DNA from: Schmidtea polychroa
Lineage: Eukaryota
Direction of reading: 5' to 3'
NCBI GenBank assembly: GCA_044892525.1
Contig: CM097885.1
Span: 23,500,001 to 23,564,000, forward strand
DNA length: 64,000 nt
Position numbers and translations under genes: made by a program. Each line of letters starts with the position of its first letter. The stretch's first letter is position 1. Positions 1 through 12,963 of this stretch are shown in pieces. The notes under the pieces were generated by a model. That model was not told the origin of the DNA. It was given only the letters and a program-made list of their open reading frames with translations, and did no database searches.

Positions 1-1672
1 AAAAAACAAAAATAAATAAATGCATCACTGATCAAAAGTAGATTGGCTGTATATATAATTGGAAATGTCAACAACGGGCTTTCTGGTTTAGATTTTAGAT
101 GAGAGCTCATTTATTTGGTGACATTAGGATTTTGTTGAATATTTTATTACATAAATTATCTAACCTTTGAGAATGTAGGGAAAGGAAAGTTTGACCTTGG
201 TAGATCTACCCAAAGATCCTTTCAATTGAAATTTATATTAAAATCAGTTTTAACTTTGTTCAGATATTTTTTTATCCCAGCATTCTTCAATCCATCTACT
301 ATGCACTAAAAATGTACGAAGAATACTGCCATTTTAGGGTTATGGAAAATTTTTAAAGGGAAAAATTTAACCAAAAAACTTTAGGTAATTAAAATTTTAA
401 AATGATAACATTGCCCAGGAATATTTTTGTCATACAATGTTTTATTAACAACAGTTTGAGATAGTCAATTTAATTTAATAATAATTTAATTATAATCATC
501 TTCCATAAAGTTCAAATGGGAAAGATGAAAAGTTCAGTTTGAATGTAATTAGTTATATTTTAAATTTAAAAAGTATAGTTTGTTTAGATGGTAATGAGTA
601 GGAGAATAAAAAACAATATAATATTAATTAAAAATAATTAATTAAAATTAAATTAAGTATTTTATCATAAAAAATTAATTAGTAGGATTTTATAAATCAA
701 TTTTTATTTCGTATTTGTGTTTCATTTTTATCAGTGAAATTTTTTATAATTCTTATCACCCTTGATCTGTCTTCTTTTTTTTCATTTTGACAAAAAATCA
801 AAAACTTAATTCTACACAGCACAAATTTTCTAATTTAATGTAAAAGCAATATTAAGGCTGTAAGATTTGAGGGAAAATTCGATTTTCTATAATTGTGTAG
901 AAAGAAAATAAAGATTAACTTCAAAATTTCACAAAACCAATAAATATTAAAAGTAATAGAAAATTTAAAAAAAAAACAGAAAAATCGTTCATAAAAAAAC
1001 AAAATTCTCTTATTCCATCCAGCGACCAGCCAAATAGATATGTAATATATGTGATCAGTGAGGGTTAGAATAGTCGAATATGGAAGCCAATAAAATCGTC
1101 GCCAAAGAAAAAAAGCTTTAATTGGTTAAAATCGTCGCCAATGTTGAAACCCGAAAAAATCGTCGAAAATGTAGTAAAAAAAATAGCCGACAATATTAAA
1201 TCCTAAAAAAATAGTTTTTCCTATGTGTTCCCGATGGAATTTTAAATTGAAACTTTGCAGAGAAGTAGTTCGTCACTTTTTCACTTAGATTCCGTTGAAA
1301 AATTTACGAAAAAATATATAGTTGCGGAGAATTCACTTAAAATTATCAAACAATATTGTTAATGAATATAATCTGATTTTATTTGACGTGTTGATGCGAT
1401 GACCTAAGCTATTCGCTGTAAAGTAATAAAAACATGCAAATATTATTTCAATTTGATGCGAAATAAATCGTTATAACTATATGTATATAGAATACAATAC
1501 CACCCGAGCAGAATTATTGAAGTATTTACAGGGGGTGTAAATTTAGCTTTTACCTGGGCGTCAAATAACCTACAGTTAAAGAAAATTCTTTTTCTACATC
1601 TTTTCGTTCCTGTTAAATAATCAATTGTGTAATAAAATTATAATTCTTTTTAACCATTTTGAATAGATAATG

Positions 1673-1780
<108 letters not shown>

Positions 1781-2248
1781 TATCATATATGATGCTATGA
1801 TAATTTTCAACATCATGCATTCCTTAATTCGTCTTTCGTTTTTACATCCGAATACGAAAGCGCGCAGGCTAGGATTCGTCAATAGTTATGTAAAAATCAA
1901 GAAGTGCTTGATTTTGATTGGTCGATTATTGTTTTGAACGGAATTTGATTTCCTGATATCTTGAATGTTTGAAATTTTTAAATTGTAAACAAATAAATTT
2001 ATTTTAAGGTTTTTATTTTGCAAAATATTTTAAATTGAAAATAAAACTGTAAAAATATAAATAATCAATGATTAATTAATTAATAATTTTCACATTTATG
2101 AGAATTTAAATTTCTTTTTAATTTTCTATGATTCATTTTTTCACAATTGATTTTTTTTGATTTTCATTAAAATATATAATTAAAAAATAATCATTTAATT
2201 TGCAATTTTTTAAAAATTAATTGTAATAATAAAATTATGTAGACAAAC

Positions 2249-2717
2249 CTTTTCTAAGAGATAATTATTCATGATACCACCTACTGGGTCACCTTTGAAA
2301 TCAAATTGTATATCCATATATTTTCCAAATCGACTCGAATTGTCGTTGCGATTTGTTTTCGCATTACCAAAACATTCCAAAATGCAATTCGATTTCAAGA
2401 GAAGATTTTTCACTCGTTCGATTTCATCCTGTCCACTAACATTAGTAACTTGAGCAATGTAACGTAAAATGATTTTTGACGCTTCAGTTTTTCCGGATCC
2501 AGATTCTCCAGAAATTACGATACATGTGTCTTGGTTTTGACGTTTGATAATTTTATGAGCTGCATCAGCGATTGCAAATATATGTGGTGGGCTCTCATAT
2601 AATTCTCTGCCTCTATACTCATTTACTTCTTTATTACTATAAATGTTCAGATCTTTATAAGGATTAACAGCGACCAATACCTCTCCGATATATGTGTAAA
2701 TTCGATTTTTGTTGAAT
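2249..2717 (-). CDS. MYO1D: Class I myosin motor domain, coding exon 2 (gene continues left, probably beyond the window)
   Basis: [16 protein letters not shown]-loop GESGSGKTE, switch [16 protein letters not shown], then NYLLEK followed by donor AAG|GTTTGT. No downstream myosin exon (SRV...) was recognised in 1-2248. Confidence 0.93.
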
Positions 2718-2766
2718 CTTAATCGTATTTAAATTAATTTTACCATTTAATATTAAAAACAATTAC

Positions 2767-2864
2767 CGTTGTTCTAAGTTATGAACAAATGATTTAAGAT
2801 CAATATTATCAACTAATATGAAATCTGGAATTCCATATTCTGGTCCTTCGTGAAAAAAAGCCAT
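2767..2864 (-). CDS. MYO1D: Class I myosin (MYO1D/Myo31DF-like), coding exon 1
   Basis: ATG at 2864 reads MAFFHEGPEYGIPDFILVDNIDLKSFVHNLEQR, resembling the myosin-ID N-terminus. Donor CG|GTAATT at 2766; a 49-nt intron (2718-2766) joins in frame to the next exon. Confidence 0.85.
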
Positions 2865-4789
2865 TCTTAAAAAGTGATAAAGAATTTAAAATAGCTGATA
2901 TTAATTGTAACTTGGTATAGAGTTCATGAAATTCATTCATTAAAAGAAATTTGTTTTTAACTTAATATGAAAATTTTTAATTTTAGGTAATCTTTGAAAT
3001 TTTTTGATTCATTTGAAATTATTATAGCAAATGAGTTTTGCAAATATTTGATTTGTAAACAAATAAAATTATCTAACTTAACTAACATAAAATCAAATTT
3101 CTAGATTTTTTGAAAACTTATAATTTTCATATTATTTATTTTTCATTATATAGAAGTGAGCGAGACCTTAACCTAAACTTTTTTCAAACATCTTTGGACT
3201 AAAGAGTTTGTAACTGCAATGAAATCTATTGAAATTAAAATGTACACAAGTAAATTAATTTACTCCCATAAAATATCTTAAGCTCAAACAAGAACTTTCT
3301 ATTTTTGGCCAAAAGTAACTTATATTGAATTTAATTTTACAATAAGTACTGAAATATATTACGTTGTCTAAATCGTTATTTTAAAATCTAGATGATTACT
3401 TCTTTAGGTTCTCAGAAATAACTTTAATCAATAACTTCCTTTTCAAAAAACATTTAAAAAATATACTATTCTAGTTTAATAAACATACTTTGAAATAATA
3501 TTTGTTTGTTACATAATTTTTAAATAAATAAATTGTTTTTCCTCAACTGTTTTTCAACCAATCTTACAATTTACGTCCCCTACTAGTATTTTTATTATGG
3601 AATCAAATTTTCAGTTAATACATAATTTTAACATTAAATTTGTGGATTCAAAATTATGATTTTCTAACTTTTAACACTTTCGACCACAGTCTAGGTTAGA
3701 ATGAGATTTATTGTAGATATGTGACGCACAGTATCAAACTTATTAAGCTTGAAAATAAAACTTAACCAAAAATGTTTTTTCTAAATCAAGGTTCTCAAAC
3801 CTGGGTTCCTTAAAACTTTTAAAGAGTTCTCAGAACATTTTATGCATCCATGACTACATTCAATAAAAATTAAATTTTGAAAATTTGGTTTTAATGAAAC
3901 TTCATATTATCCTAATTAAGTCAAAAGTGGACTCTGTTTGAAATTCCATTGAAAACGGATGCCTAAACTTGTTTCATTAGGAAAATAAAGCTCTTTTAAA
4001 AAATTAGAGTTCCGTTTTATAGATTATAAATTAGATTATTAAAACTAAAACGTTTCTGTAAAATGTATTGTTTCAGTTTTAAATTTGATTTGTAAATATT
4101 TATTTTGCTTCTGAACTGCAAATTTGAAATTCTTTGATTTATTTGAAATTATTATAGCAAATGAAATGAAAAAATTGTTATTTGATTTGTTCTGATTGGC
4201 TGTTTAATTAACCAATGAAGTTAAGATATTGTTCGCGGAAAAAAGTTGTTACCATGGCAAACTGATTTATTTTGAGATATTTGTTTTGAAAATTACAACA
4301 AAGTAAATATGATTAAAAAAGTTATAATGTAAAATATGCTTGATAAAGATATTCCTTACAACACGCTTTAAACTCAAAACTTCCAAATTTAGTACCATGA
4401 AGTGCAAAACATATCCAGCATGTAAGAATTATGTATGCCAAACATCACATCTGGTTGTTAATTTACTTAACCTAATTTACGGAAGATCTTAGTTAATGAA
4501 TTTAATTATCACCATGAACGTCTGTCTGTCTAGAACTGACACTTCGCAATTAGAAATATAGTAAGAACGTTTTTAATCGCTAACAGAAAAAATTCCTATT
4601 GAAGGGTGATATTATGTTTCGAAATCAATGTATGTCTTACTCTTTTGAGCCGATAAAACAATTAAATACCAACCTAATATTTACAGTAATAATTCAATAA
4701 TTGGTTGATACTGCTAAAAGCAACAATTGTCGCCTTTCGGATTCTTTTGGTTTAGGGTTAGGAAACAATTTTCTCCATCAATTTTTGAG

Positions 4790-5121
4790 GAGATTTTTGT
4801 AAGTTAAAAGGTCATTATCTTTTTCAACGATAAAGAGGCAGGCACTGTCTAGTCTCTTCTGACTCATTGTTGATCTTATATGCATCTTCAAATGTCAAAG
4901 CACCAAAAAATTAACGTTTTGATGAAGAATTGATTACGGGAAAAATGAGTGCGAGTTTCATAATCTTTCATAAGCATTGAAATCCACATTTTATCGGGTT
5001 TATGAGTTTTAAGATGTTTTAAGACGTCTTTTTAAGTGCCAAAATTTCAAATGAGAGAGAGGATAGGTTAATGGCATATGACTCGGCGAAGGAATTTAGA
5101 TATTGCTCATTTAAGAAGCAG
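4790..5121 (-). pseudogene. hAT transposase C-terminal (dimerisation domain) fragment, ZMYM1-like hAT type
   Basis: Manual translation gives KLALIFPVINSSSKR*FFGAL / LKMHIRSTMSQKRLDSACLFIVEKD, resembling the hATC consensus LTLPVTSASxERSFS...LRSTMSQxRL, with a stop and a frameshift. Confidence 0.7.
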
Positions 5122-5458
5122 TGTTAGGTTCTGATCAGGTGGATTGATTATTCCTAACACAGATTATATCTGACTACAAAGATATAAATATATATGATTT
5201 AATCAAGACATGAATATGAAAAGCTTTATTAAATATGCACAGATAAAGTATACAAATGCAATAATTGTGTTTCACAAAAAATACCGCTACTTACTATGAA
5301 GGAGAGAATATCGGTTGTTCAAACCGTCCTCAGATATAAGAACCAGATGCTGGATCTAATTGCTCACAGCACTGTATTTAAAGTTAAGGATAAGATAGAG
5401 GGATTACCCGAATTTTACGCGATCGTCTAGATCAAGATTGATTTAGCGTTTCCTAACA
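5122..5458 (-). mobile_element. Probable LTR (TG..CA) with adjacent polypurine tract, inserted into the hAT remnant
   Basis: Starts TGTTAGG (5122) and ends CCTAACA (5458). On the minus strand it is immediately preceded by AAGAGGGACAAT (PPT-like). No TSD found. Confidence 0.5.
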
Positions 5459-6201
5459 ATTGTCCCTCTTAATAAGTTCAAATCCAACGAGGAAGTCAGC
5501 AGAAATGCTACAGATTTTTATAATTTAATAAAATAAATATTCAATTAACCTTTTAGCTAAGAATATTATTTTCTCTTCAGAAGTACTGTAAGCTTATATA
5601 TCTTTTATAGTTCTTTTCTGGAATCTAAAAATTTTCTCTAAGCTAGAATTGCTTGAGCAAAATTGTCTGATTTAATGACTTTCTGTCTTTGCTTAAATAT
5701 CCAATTTTCTGGTGACAGCTGTTCTAAATCTCTTGAACTCTTTTATTGTAATCTTAGCTCGACAGCTGTTTTTTATTCCTATCCCACACTAGAATTGGTT
5801 AATCGATTTTTTTTCTGACAAACTGCTATTTTAATCACTATTGATTCAGCTCAGAACAAATTTATCTTTCCTATGCTATTAATCTAAATTGATTTTTAGC
5901 TGAAGATTATTTTTGCTACTCATTCACAAAAACTTAACCCTATTTATATAAATTTAAATAACTATAAATAATAATTATGGTAATTATATATATATATACT
6001 TATTATAGTATTTATCTAAATATAGTAGTTTGATGATACTATTTTTATTTATAATTTATTTTAAGTTACAAACTATTACTATTATTATATGTATTCTATT
6101 TTTAACAATTATTATTTATCTACTTATTATTTTATTGTTCCTATCGTCCTAGCCTCTATATTGCTAATAAAATTGCTTTTTAAACGAGCCCAACCCCAAC
6201 A

Positions 6202-6560
6202 CATGATAGGATTATTGTCTTCATTAAAGCGGCTTCGCAGTTCCCCTTGTATACGGTCAAGAACTGGATTAAATGCGTGATATTTGTAGCAATCTTTTGG
6301 TTTCATTTAATTATCTACTCTACTATCTGTAGTTAACTTCATGGTGGATCCTTGTAGTTCATATGCAGCCTTCGCTTTTTGTTTATTGGTGTGTGGAACA
6401 TGTTCTGAATCATCAAACACAATGTTCTTAGCTCTCTGGAAAGTTTCCTGGAATTGGCTGTCATTCTTCTGACGTTCTTCTGGTTATATTGGTCAATCCT
6501 GACGTTAATTCGCGCCTGTTTGCGCGTTGGATTCGGAGATGGTGTTTGTGTTTTTATGCG
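6202..6560 (-). pseudogene. hAT transposase middle fragment (same decayed element as 4790-5121)
   Basis: Translation YKYHAFNPVLDRIQGELRSRFNEDNNPIMC resembles the hAT motif YxPxxDxxxxELxxRF. ORF 6339..6563 continues it upstream. Confidence 0.6.
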
Positions 6561-6727
6561 CACACAGACGCGATCAGTGTAATTTTTGTCGAGTTATATC
6601 GAATTTTTAATTTTGTGAGTCAGTTTTTTAATATTTTTAGCTGAAATTTTATGTGAATTTGTCAAGTTTGTTTAAAAGATTGGGAGTTTCTGGAAATTTT
6701 GAAAATAAATTTTTGTAAATTTGTTTA

Positions 6728-7280
6728 ATGGCTATGATTAATACAGATAATTACTATTATCATAAATGCAACAGGGACGTTCACATATCCCAGGATGGTA
6801 AATGTGTGACGTGCAATGATGGATTTATTGAAAGAATTGAATCTGATAACTCAATGGAAAGTGATGATGAAGCCTCATATTCCTGGTGGAAGTACTACAA
6901 ACGAAACTGATGGTTCCTTTTTTATTACTCCAAGAGATCCTGATAACAGAAATAGTGTTTTTGGCCAACTAATATCAAATTTATTTGCTGGATTGCTACC
7001 TCTAGATTTTAAATCAGATTCGTCAGATTACATATTTTCAGATCAAAGTTTCGACAATTTTGTAACGAGAATTATGAATCAATTTGACCAGGATGGTCCT
7101 CCACCAGCAAACGAGGCAGATATTGAGAAATTACAAGTCAAGAAAATCACCGAAGCTAATGATACAGGTTCCATATGTCTGTCAGATTATGAGGTGGCCG
7201 ATGAAGTGTACGAGTTGCCCTGTCAGCATAGATACCATGTTCAGTGTCTAAAAACGTGGTTAATTCAACATATATATTGA
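6728..7280 (+). pseudogene. Intronless RNF115/RNF126-like RING-H2 E3 ubiquitin ligase copy, frameshifted and 3'-truncated
   Basis: N-terminal Zn ribbon (YYYHKCNRDV..CVTCNDGFIERIE) in one frame. DYIFSDQSFDNFVTRIMNQFDQDGPPPA plus RING-H2 (SICLSDY...LPCQHRYHVQCLKTWL) in another. The final CPxC pair is missing and two Zn-ligand cysteines appear substituted. Confidence 0.8.
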
Positions 7281-7751
7281 CATTGTCTTTTACTAAGCCG
7301 ATTGCAGCAAGACCTTTGAATTACATCACCTTTGACAAAGAAAAGGTGACACTTAAAATTTCACGAAAAAAGCACAAATAAGACACATTTATAAACTGTA
7401 TCCCCTCTTTTTGATACCCCACACTAGATAAGATATTTAACAAAGTAGACAATCAAGCCAATCAAAAATATTTTGTGTCCTTACCGTGATCACTTTAATT
7501 GTGCTTACAAAAATTGTTTAATTGCTGTGTTAGATTATTTAAAAAATTAATAAAGTTTTTGATTAAAAATTATATTATTATTAATTTTGTTATTACTCAT
7601 ATGCATTAAGATTGCAGATTGTTCTCTTAGTTTGCGTGAAATTTTTATTTTGTAATGTGTGTAAGTTTTGCTTCCCAGTGTGTGAAAAGTATTTCACAGT
7701 GCGTGTAAATTATATTTCACAATATGCGTGTACATGTAATACTCTCAATTT

Positions 7752-7819
7752 CTATTGGGCGAATACATATTACGCAATTTACAATATATAAAGCAATGTT
7801 TAAAAATATTTCATCACTT
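7752..7819 (+). promoter_or_regulatory. Putative Pol II core promoter (inverted CCAAT, TATA, Inr) upstream of the pPolB leader exons
   Basis: ATTGG at about 7754, TATATAAAG at 7785-7793, and TCACTT at 7814-7819, about 30 nt downstream of the TATA. GCGTG/GTGTG repeats lie upstream. Confidence 0.45.
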
Positions 7820-7948
7820 TTATTATATACCTAAATTTTTAAACTCAACAAAATACCAAGAAATATTCAAGTAAACCAAAACGGAAACGGTGTCAAGAAT
7901 GGTAAGATTTATTTATTTATTTGTCATTATTATTGATATAATTTACAG

Positions 7949-8208
7949 GACTTAATCGAAATTTCAACAAAAGCTCTAACAATAACATTGGAAACATGAC
8001 AAATGGTATTTCATTATTATTATTAAATTTATATTAATTTATTCTTTTTTAGATTTTATTATAAACAACATGAATGGATGCAGCATAAATGGAAGAAACA
8101 TGAACGAAACAATTACAAATAATAATAATAATGATGGTAACAATTTGATTGGGCACAGTAATGCATATGGAAAAAATGATTGCAAAATATCAAAAAGAAA
8201 AGTTAAAT
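7949..8208 (+). CDS. Putative spliced Asn/Gly-rich leader exons (7949-8005, 8053-8208) of the pPolB gene
   Basis: GT-AG introns 7902-7948 and 8006-8052 (47 nt each) and 8209-8952 are all phase 1. The joined exons stay open (MTNDFIINNMNGCSINGRNMNETIT...KISKRKVK-Y-SGDEVMPL) and run into ORF 8970. Confidence 0.5.
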
Positions 8209-8598
8209 GTAAGATTTTATTTTCATTTAAAATTTTTTAATGATTTTATAAGTTTTTATTAAAGGATTTATTAATGTTTTTATTTTAATATTTAATAATC
8301 AATACTTTAAATAAAATAACTGTGATATATTACTTTGAATAATAATAATAATGAACTATTAATAGGTTTAACTATTATGTAACAGGTTAAATTTATTTTT
8401 ATCAATAATTTATTTTGATTTTGTATTAAGTATGTTTAAACTATTATGTAATAGGTTAAATATATTTACAATCAATTTACCTTTTTGATAAAAATATATT
8501 TATATTGTTATTTATTGAAGTAATAATAATAATAATAATAATATTAATAATATCAAAATTATTGTAATAGTTCTTTACATGATGATTGCGATTTCATA

Positions 8599-8827
8599 AT
8601 GGAAAAATATTACAAGCATAGCCATAATCATACCATCTTTTTTATTTGCCCCGTTTGTATGACCCCCGAAATTGTAACATACATCGAGTTTTATCATCAA
8701 CATAGGGATCATTTAACTCAGTATAATTTAAAGAAAAGAGACCTTATTATTTTATTAAAAAATAATATTCCCAATACCTATAATCCCACTATAAATCATA
8801 ATAATGCTACTACAAGTACTAATAATC

Positions 8828-8866
<39 letters not shown>

Positions 8867-8892
8867 TATCTAATGTAAATAATAAAAGATAA
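8599..8892 (+). CDS. Small ORF with CxxC..H..H (zinc-finger-like) motif and Asn-rich tail, inside the predicted pPolB intron
   Basis: FICPVCMTPEIVTYIEFYHQHRDHL; the 3' half is an AAT repeat. Confidence 0.35.
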
Positions 8893-8952
8893 ATTAATTT
8901 ACCTAATCTAAAACCCTTTAAATTTGTTAAAAAGATCTTATTGTTATTTCAG

Positions 8953-11900
8953 ACTCTGGTGATGAGGTCATGCCTTTGATAGTTTACTCTTATTCACTTT
9001 TTTATAATAATAATAATACTTCTATTACATCAACTTCTACAGAAGTCATTATCAATCAACAAGGTGGTTCACTTGAACCTGAAACCATATTCGATTTAAA
9101 TAAAACACATGCTGAAGTTAAAATGGATGTTTCATCCTTAAATTTAAAAACAGTTTCGATCCCAACTCAGTTAATAAATGAATTAAATAAAGTTTCATCT
9201 GAGATGGGTTCAATAAAAATTCAATTTTGTTTGAAAGTGGAATTTGAAAAAGATGAAGAATTTTAATCATTCGTTATTTCAAATTCTGCTAGACCCATGA
9301 GTGATACCTTCTTAGAAGATGGTATTGATTTATTAAATGAAAAAATAATTAAAGTTAATGAAAAAGGAAGCAACTGGGTTATACATAAAATTGAATATAT
9401 TAGTTTTATAATAACAAAATATTCGCAAATACCCAGATTAACTGGCTGTGGATATATTGCTATACCAGAAACATTATTAAATAAAACATGTACTGTTAAT
9501 GTTAAAAATACAAATGATGAATGCTTCCTATATAGTATTTTATCTATTTTGAAATATAATAGTATTAGTACCAATAGATCTAAGCCATATAATTATAATA
9601 CTTCGAAATTAAAATTCGATCCTGCAGATCTCCCTATGCACCTTTGTAATATATCTAAATTTGAATCCCAGAACCCCGGTTTATCGATAAAGGTTTTAAC
9701 TTATAACGAAAATATATTAAATGATGTTAAGAATACTGAAGAAGTTATGAAACATCCTTATGTTGACATAATTTATCGATCTAAAGTTATTAGAGGATAT
9801 CAATTAACTTAATTTTGTTAGAAGATTCTGACACATATCATTACATAGGTGTTACTAATCTTGATAGACTTTTGAATTTTAAAAATTCTAGTGTAACTGC
9901 TGTTACGATTTGTAGTAAATGGTGTCCCAGATGCTTAAATGGTTTTCGAAATCCTAATTCTTTCATGAGACACAAGGGTTTGTGTGATAAAAATCAGTTA
10001 GGGACTACTCTCTTTACATTACCTGAAGATAAATATCTTAGTTTTACAAATTGGTCAAAGATTGTCACTCCTCCATTTGTTATTTATGCCAACTTTGAGG
10101 CAATTTTACCTAAAGATAATAAATACAATCAAAAACATTTACCAATCTCAGCAGGTTTTGTTTTTATAAATAATTTTACAGAGGATAAATTTTATAAAAG
10201 TTTTATAGGATTGGATTGTGTTGAACAGTTTCTTCATGAACTTGAAGAAATTGGGAAGCAAATAGTGGCTCCATATTTTGAAACACGATATAAGAAAATG
10301 ATGTTTTTAATAGTATTGACAAAATAAACTTTTCTTCGGCTGTAAATTGTCATTTGTGTAAGAAAACTTTAGTAAATCCAGTAAGAGATCATGGCCATTT
10401 TTCGGGTAAATATTTAGGTGCAGCATGCTTAACTTGTAATGTTTCTCGAAGAATTAGACCGGTTTTACCATTTATTTTTCATAATTTGAGAGGATATGAT
10501 CTCCATCATATTCTCAAATTTGGCTTAGGTAAATATAAATCATGGAATATTAATTGTATTCCTATAACTAGTGAAAAGTTTTTAAGTTTATATGCAAGAA
10601 TTGACGGATTAACTATAAAATTTATCGATTCTTGTCAATTTATTAACAATTCTTTAAAAAATGCTGTAAAAACATTAACTACATTTCCATTGACTAATTC
10701 TGAATTTAACGGAGTAATTATTAATAGTAAAGGCATATTCCCATATGATTTTGCAACTAGTTTAGAAGTGTTTCAGGCAGCTCCCCAATTACCACTAATT
10801 TGGGATGGTGTTACTGAAGTAGAATATGATATGGTTCAGCGCATTTGGGATGAACATAATTGTAATTCACTTTTGGATTACATGATGATATATTTAAAAT
10901 TAGATGTCTTTTTACTTGCGGATTATTTCCAGCAGTTTAGAGCAAAATCAATAGCTCATAACAGATTGGAACCCTTAAACCTTTTAGGTATTCCCGGTAT
11001 GTCATGGAACTCTGCGCTCATGACTTTAGATCATCCAATTGAGTTGATCCAAGACATGGAGATTTATAATTTCTCTGAGGATGGGATTCGAGGGAAACTA
11101 ACTTTTGTTAATAAACATTACGTAAAATCAGATGAAAACACAGAGTTGCTCTATATAGATATTAACAACCTATATGGTTGGGCACTTAGCCAGAAACTAC
11201 CAGATGGTAACTTTAAGTGGATTAACGATGAAATAAAATTAAATAAAATTTTGGAAGATTGTATGAATTTTGACTTGTAATTACTCACATTCGGTTATAC
11301 TGTTGAAGTGGATTTGGAAATTCCAGAATCAATTCATGATAAGCTTGACGATTTCCCTGTTGCAGCTGAAAAGAGGCGTGCACCAGGATCCAAAGTGGAG
11401 AAGTTGATGCTTACGCACTATCCCAAAAAGAATTATGTAGTTCATTGGAGACTTCTCCAGCTTTATCTAAATATTGGGGTAAAAGTCACTAGGATTCATC
11501 ACGCTGTACAATTTGAACAATCATCAATATTTAAAAACTATATAGATACTGACACACAACTTAAGGCATCATCAACAAAGACACTAGATGAAATTTATTT
11601 TAAACTATTAAACAACAGTCTATACGGTAAGACTGTCGGAAACCTAAAAAAATGAATTAATTTTAGACTTTGCAATTCAGCCCAAAGGATTTTAACATAT
11701 TGTTCTAAACCTAATTTCAAAACAACTACTAAAATCGATGACGACTTAATATCTGTTCTATTAATGAAAGATTTAATATGTTTAAATAGACCAAGTTATA
11801 TTGGTCAATCAGTTTTGGATTTATCAAAACTTCGTATGTACCAACTTCAGTACATTGATTTAAAAAAATATCGCATAGAATAGTTTATGGGGACACAGAT

Positions 11901-12446
11901 TCCTTCTTCTTGGAAATTAAAAATTGCAAATTAAATTCTCTTTTACCAGCAATGAAAAAGGATAATTTATTAGATACCTCTAATTATGAGCCAACACATT
12001 CATTATATTCAAAAAGCAAGAGTCTTGGATATGACGAATTGATATTTTTAAGACCAAAATGTTATAGCATGAAGGGTAGTAAGGGATGTATGAAAGCGAA
12101 GGGGGTCACAATGAAAGATAATGGACTAACTCATCAGTCGTATCTGAATTGTTATAATAATAATGAGATTTATACGGCACCCCAATTTAGGATAACGAGT
12201 AAAAATCATCAACTTTTCAGTATTAAAAATAATAAGAGGGCTTTAACTAATGCTGACGATAAGCGCAATTGGGTACTTAAAAATAAAAGTTATGCGTATG
12301 GTGATTATAGAAGGGGTGGTATGGTTATGGCTGATGATTCTGATGAAAAAATGTTGCTGCCCATAGTTGATCCAGATGAAGATTTGTTATATCATCCTCA
12401 TTTTCAGAATGATGATGGTTGTCAATTAATAAATTTTATGATATAA
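8953..12446 (+). pseudogene. Protein-primed family B DNA polymerase (Polinton/Maverick or adintovirus type), disrupted
   Basis: Motifs in order: YIAIPETL..VNVKNTNDECFLYS; CPRCLNGF..HKGLC Zn finger; PFVIYANFE (Exo I); endonuclease VII-like CHLC..VRDHGHFSGKYLGAACLTCN; FHNLRGYD (Exo II); KGIFPYD; YLKLDV; YIDINNLYG (Pol A); KLLNNSLYGKT (Pol B); YGDTDS at 11886-11903 (Pol C); LRPKCY; KAKGV. In-frame stops at about 9264, 11278 and 11653; frameshifts near 9810, 10330 and 11880. Confidence 0.92.
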
Positions 12447-12597
12447 AAAATTTGTTTTTACTCTATTTTTAAGCGTTACCAAATATTTATTTTGTTAGTG
12501 TTACTTGTGATAGTACACTATTTTTATGTTGTTATAGTATTTTTATTTTACTTGTTATATTCAATCAGTTTTTGGTGAGAAAACTTTTTGTAATTTA

Positions 12598-12963
12598 TTG
12601 AAAGAAACAAGCCCAATTAAGAAAATAACTGAGACGAAGCATATCAAAAATGATGTGAAACCAGTACAAATGTATCATAACCATAAGATATATTTCTTGG
12701 TAGACGAAATTCCATATAAATTCTCAAATGCAGTCAAATTGATCAAGTCACAATATTCAAGTTTCATTGCTCATATAACAAAAGAATATGTTGTTGCAGT
12801 AAATAAAGTGTTGGGGAAAATCAATAAGAGTCTAAGTTGCAATGGAAATATAATCAACAATCGATATTCCCGTTATCATGATGCCTTTGAAGAAATTGAA
12901 TATAAAGATGTCATATCACCCATTTGGAGATTAGATAGTGCTCGAATTTCTCTGCGATTTTAA
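12598..12963 (+). CDS. Hypothetical protein downstream of pPolB, possible accessory gene of the same element
   Basis: 121-aa ORF on the same strand. The stop overlaps AATAAA. No family recognised. Confidence 0.35.
   Translation: MKETSPIKKITETKHIKNDVKPVQMYHNHKIYFLVDEIPYKFSNAVKLIKSQYSSFIAHITKEYVVAVNKVLGKINKSLSCNGNIINNRYSRYHDAFEEIEYKDVISPIWRLDSARISLRF

Noticed and set aside
165..305. Exon-like segments with a WIEECW (BRCT-like) peptide
   Set aside because: That frame stops within about 10 codons. The alternative spliced frame resembles neither myosin nor a domain I recognise.
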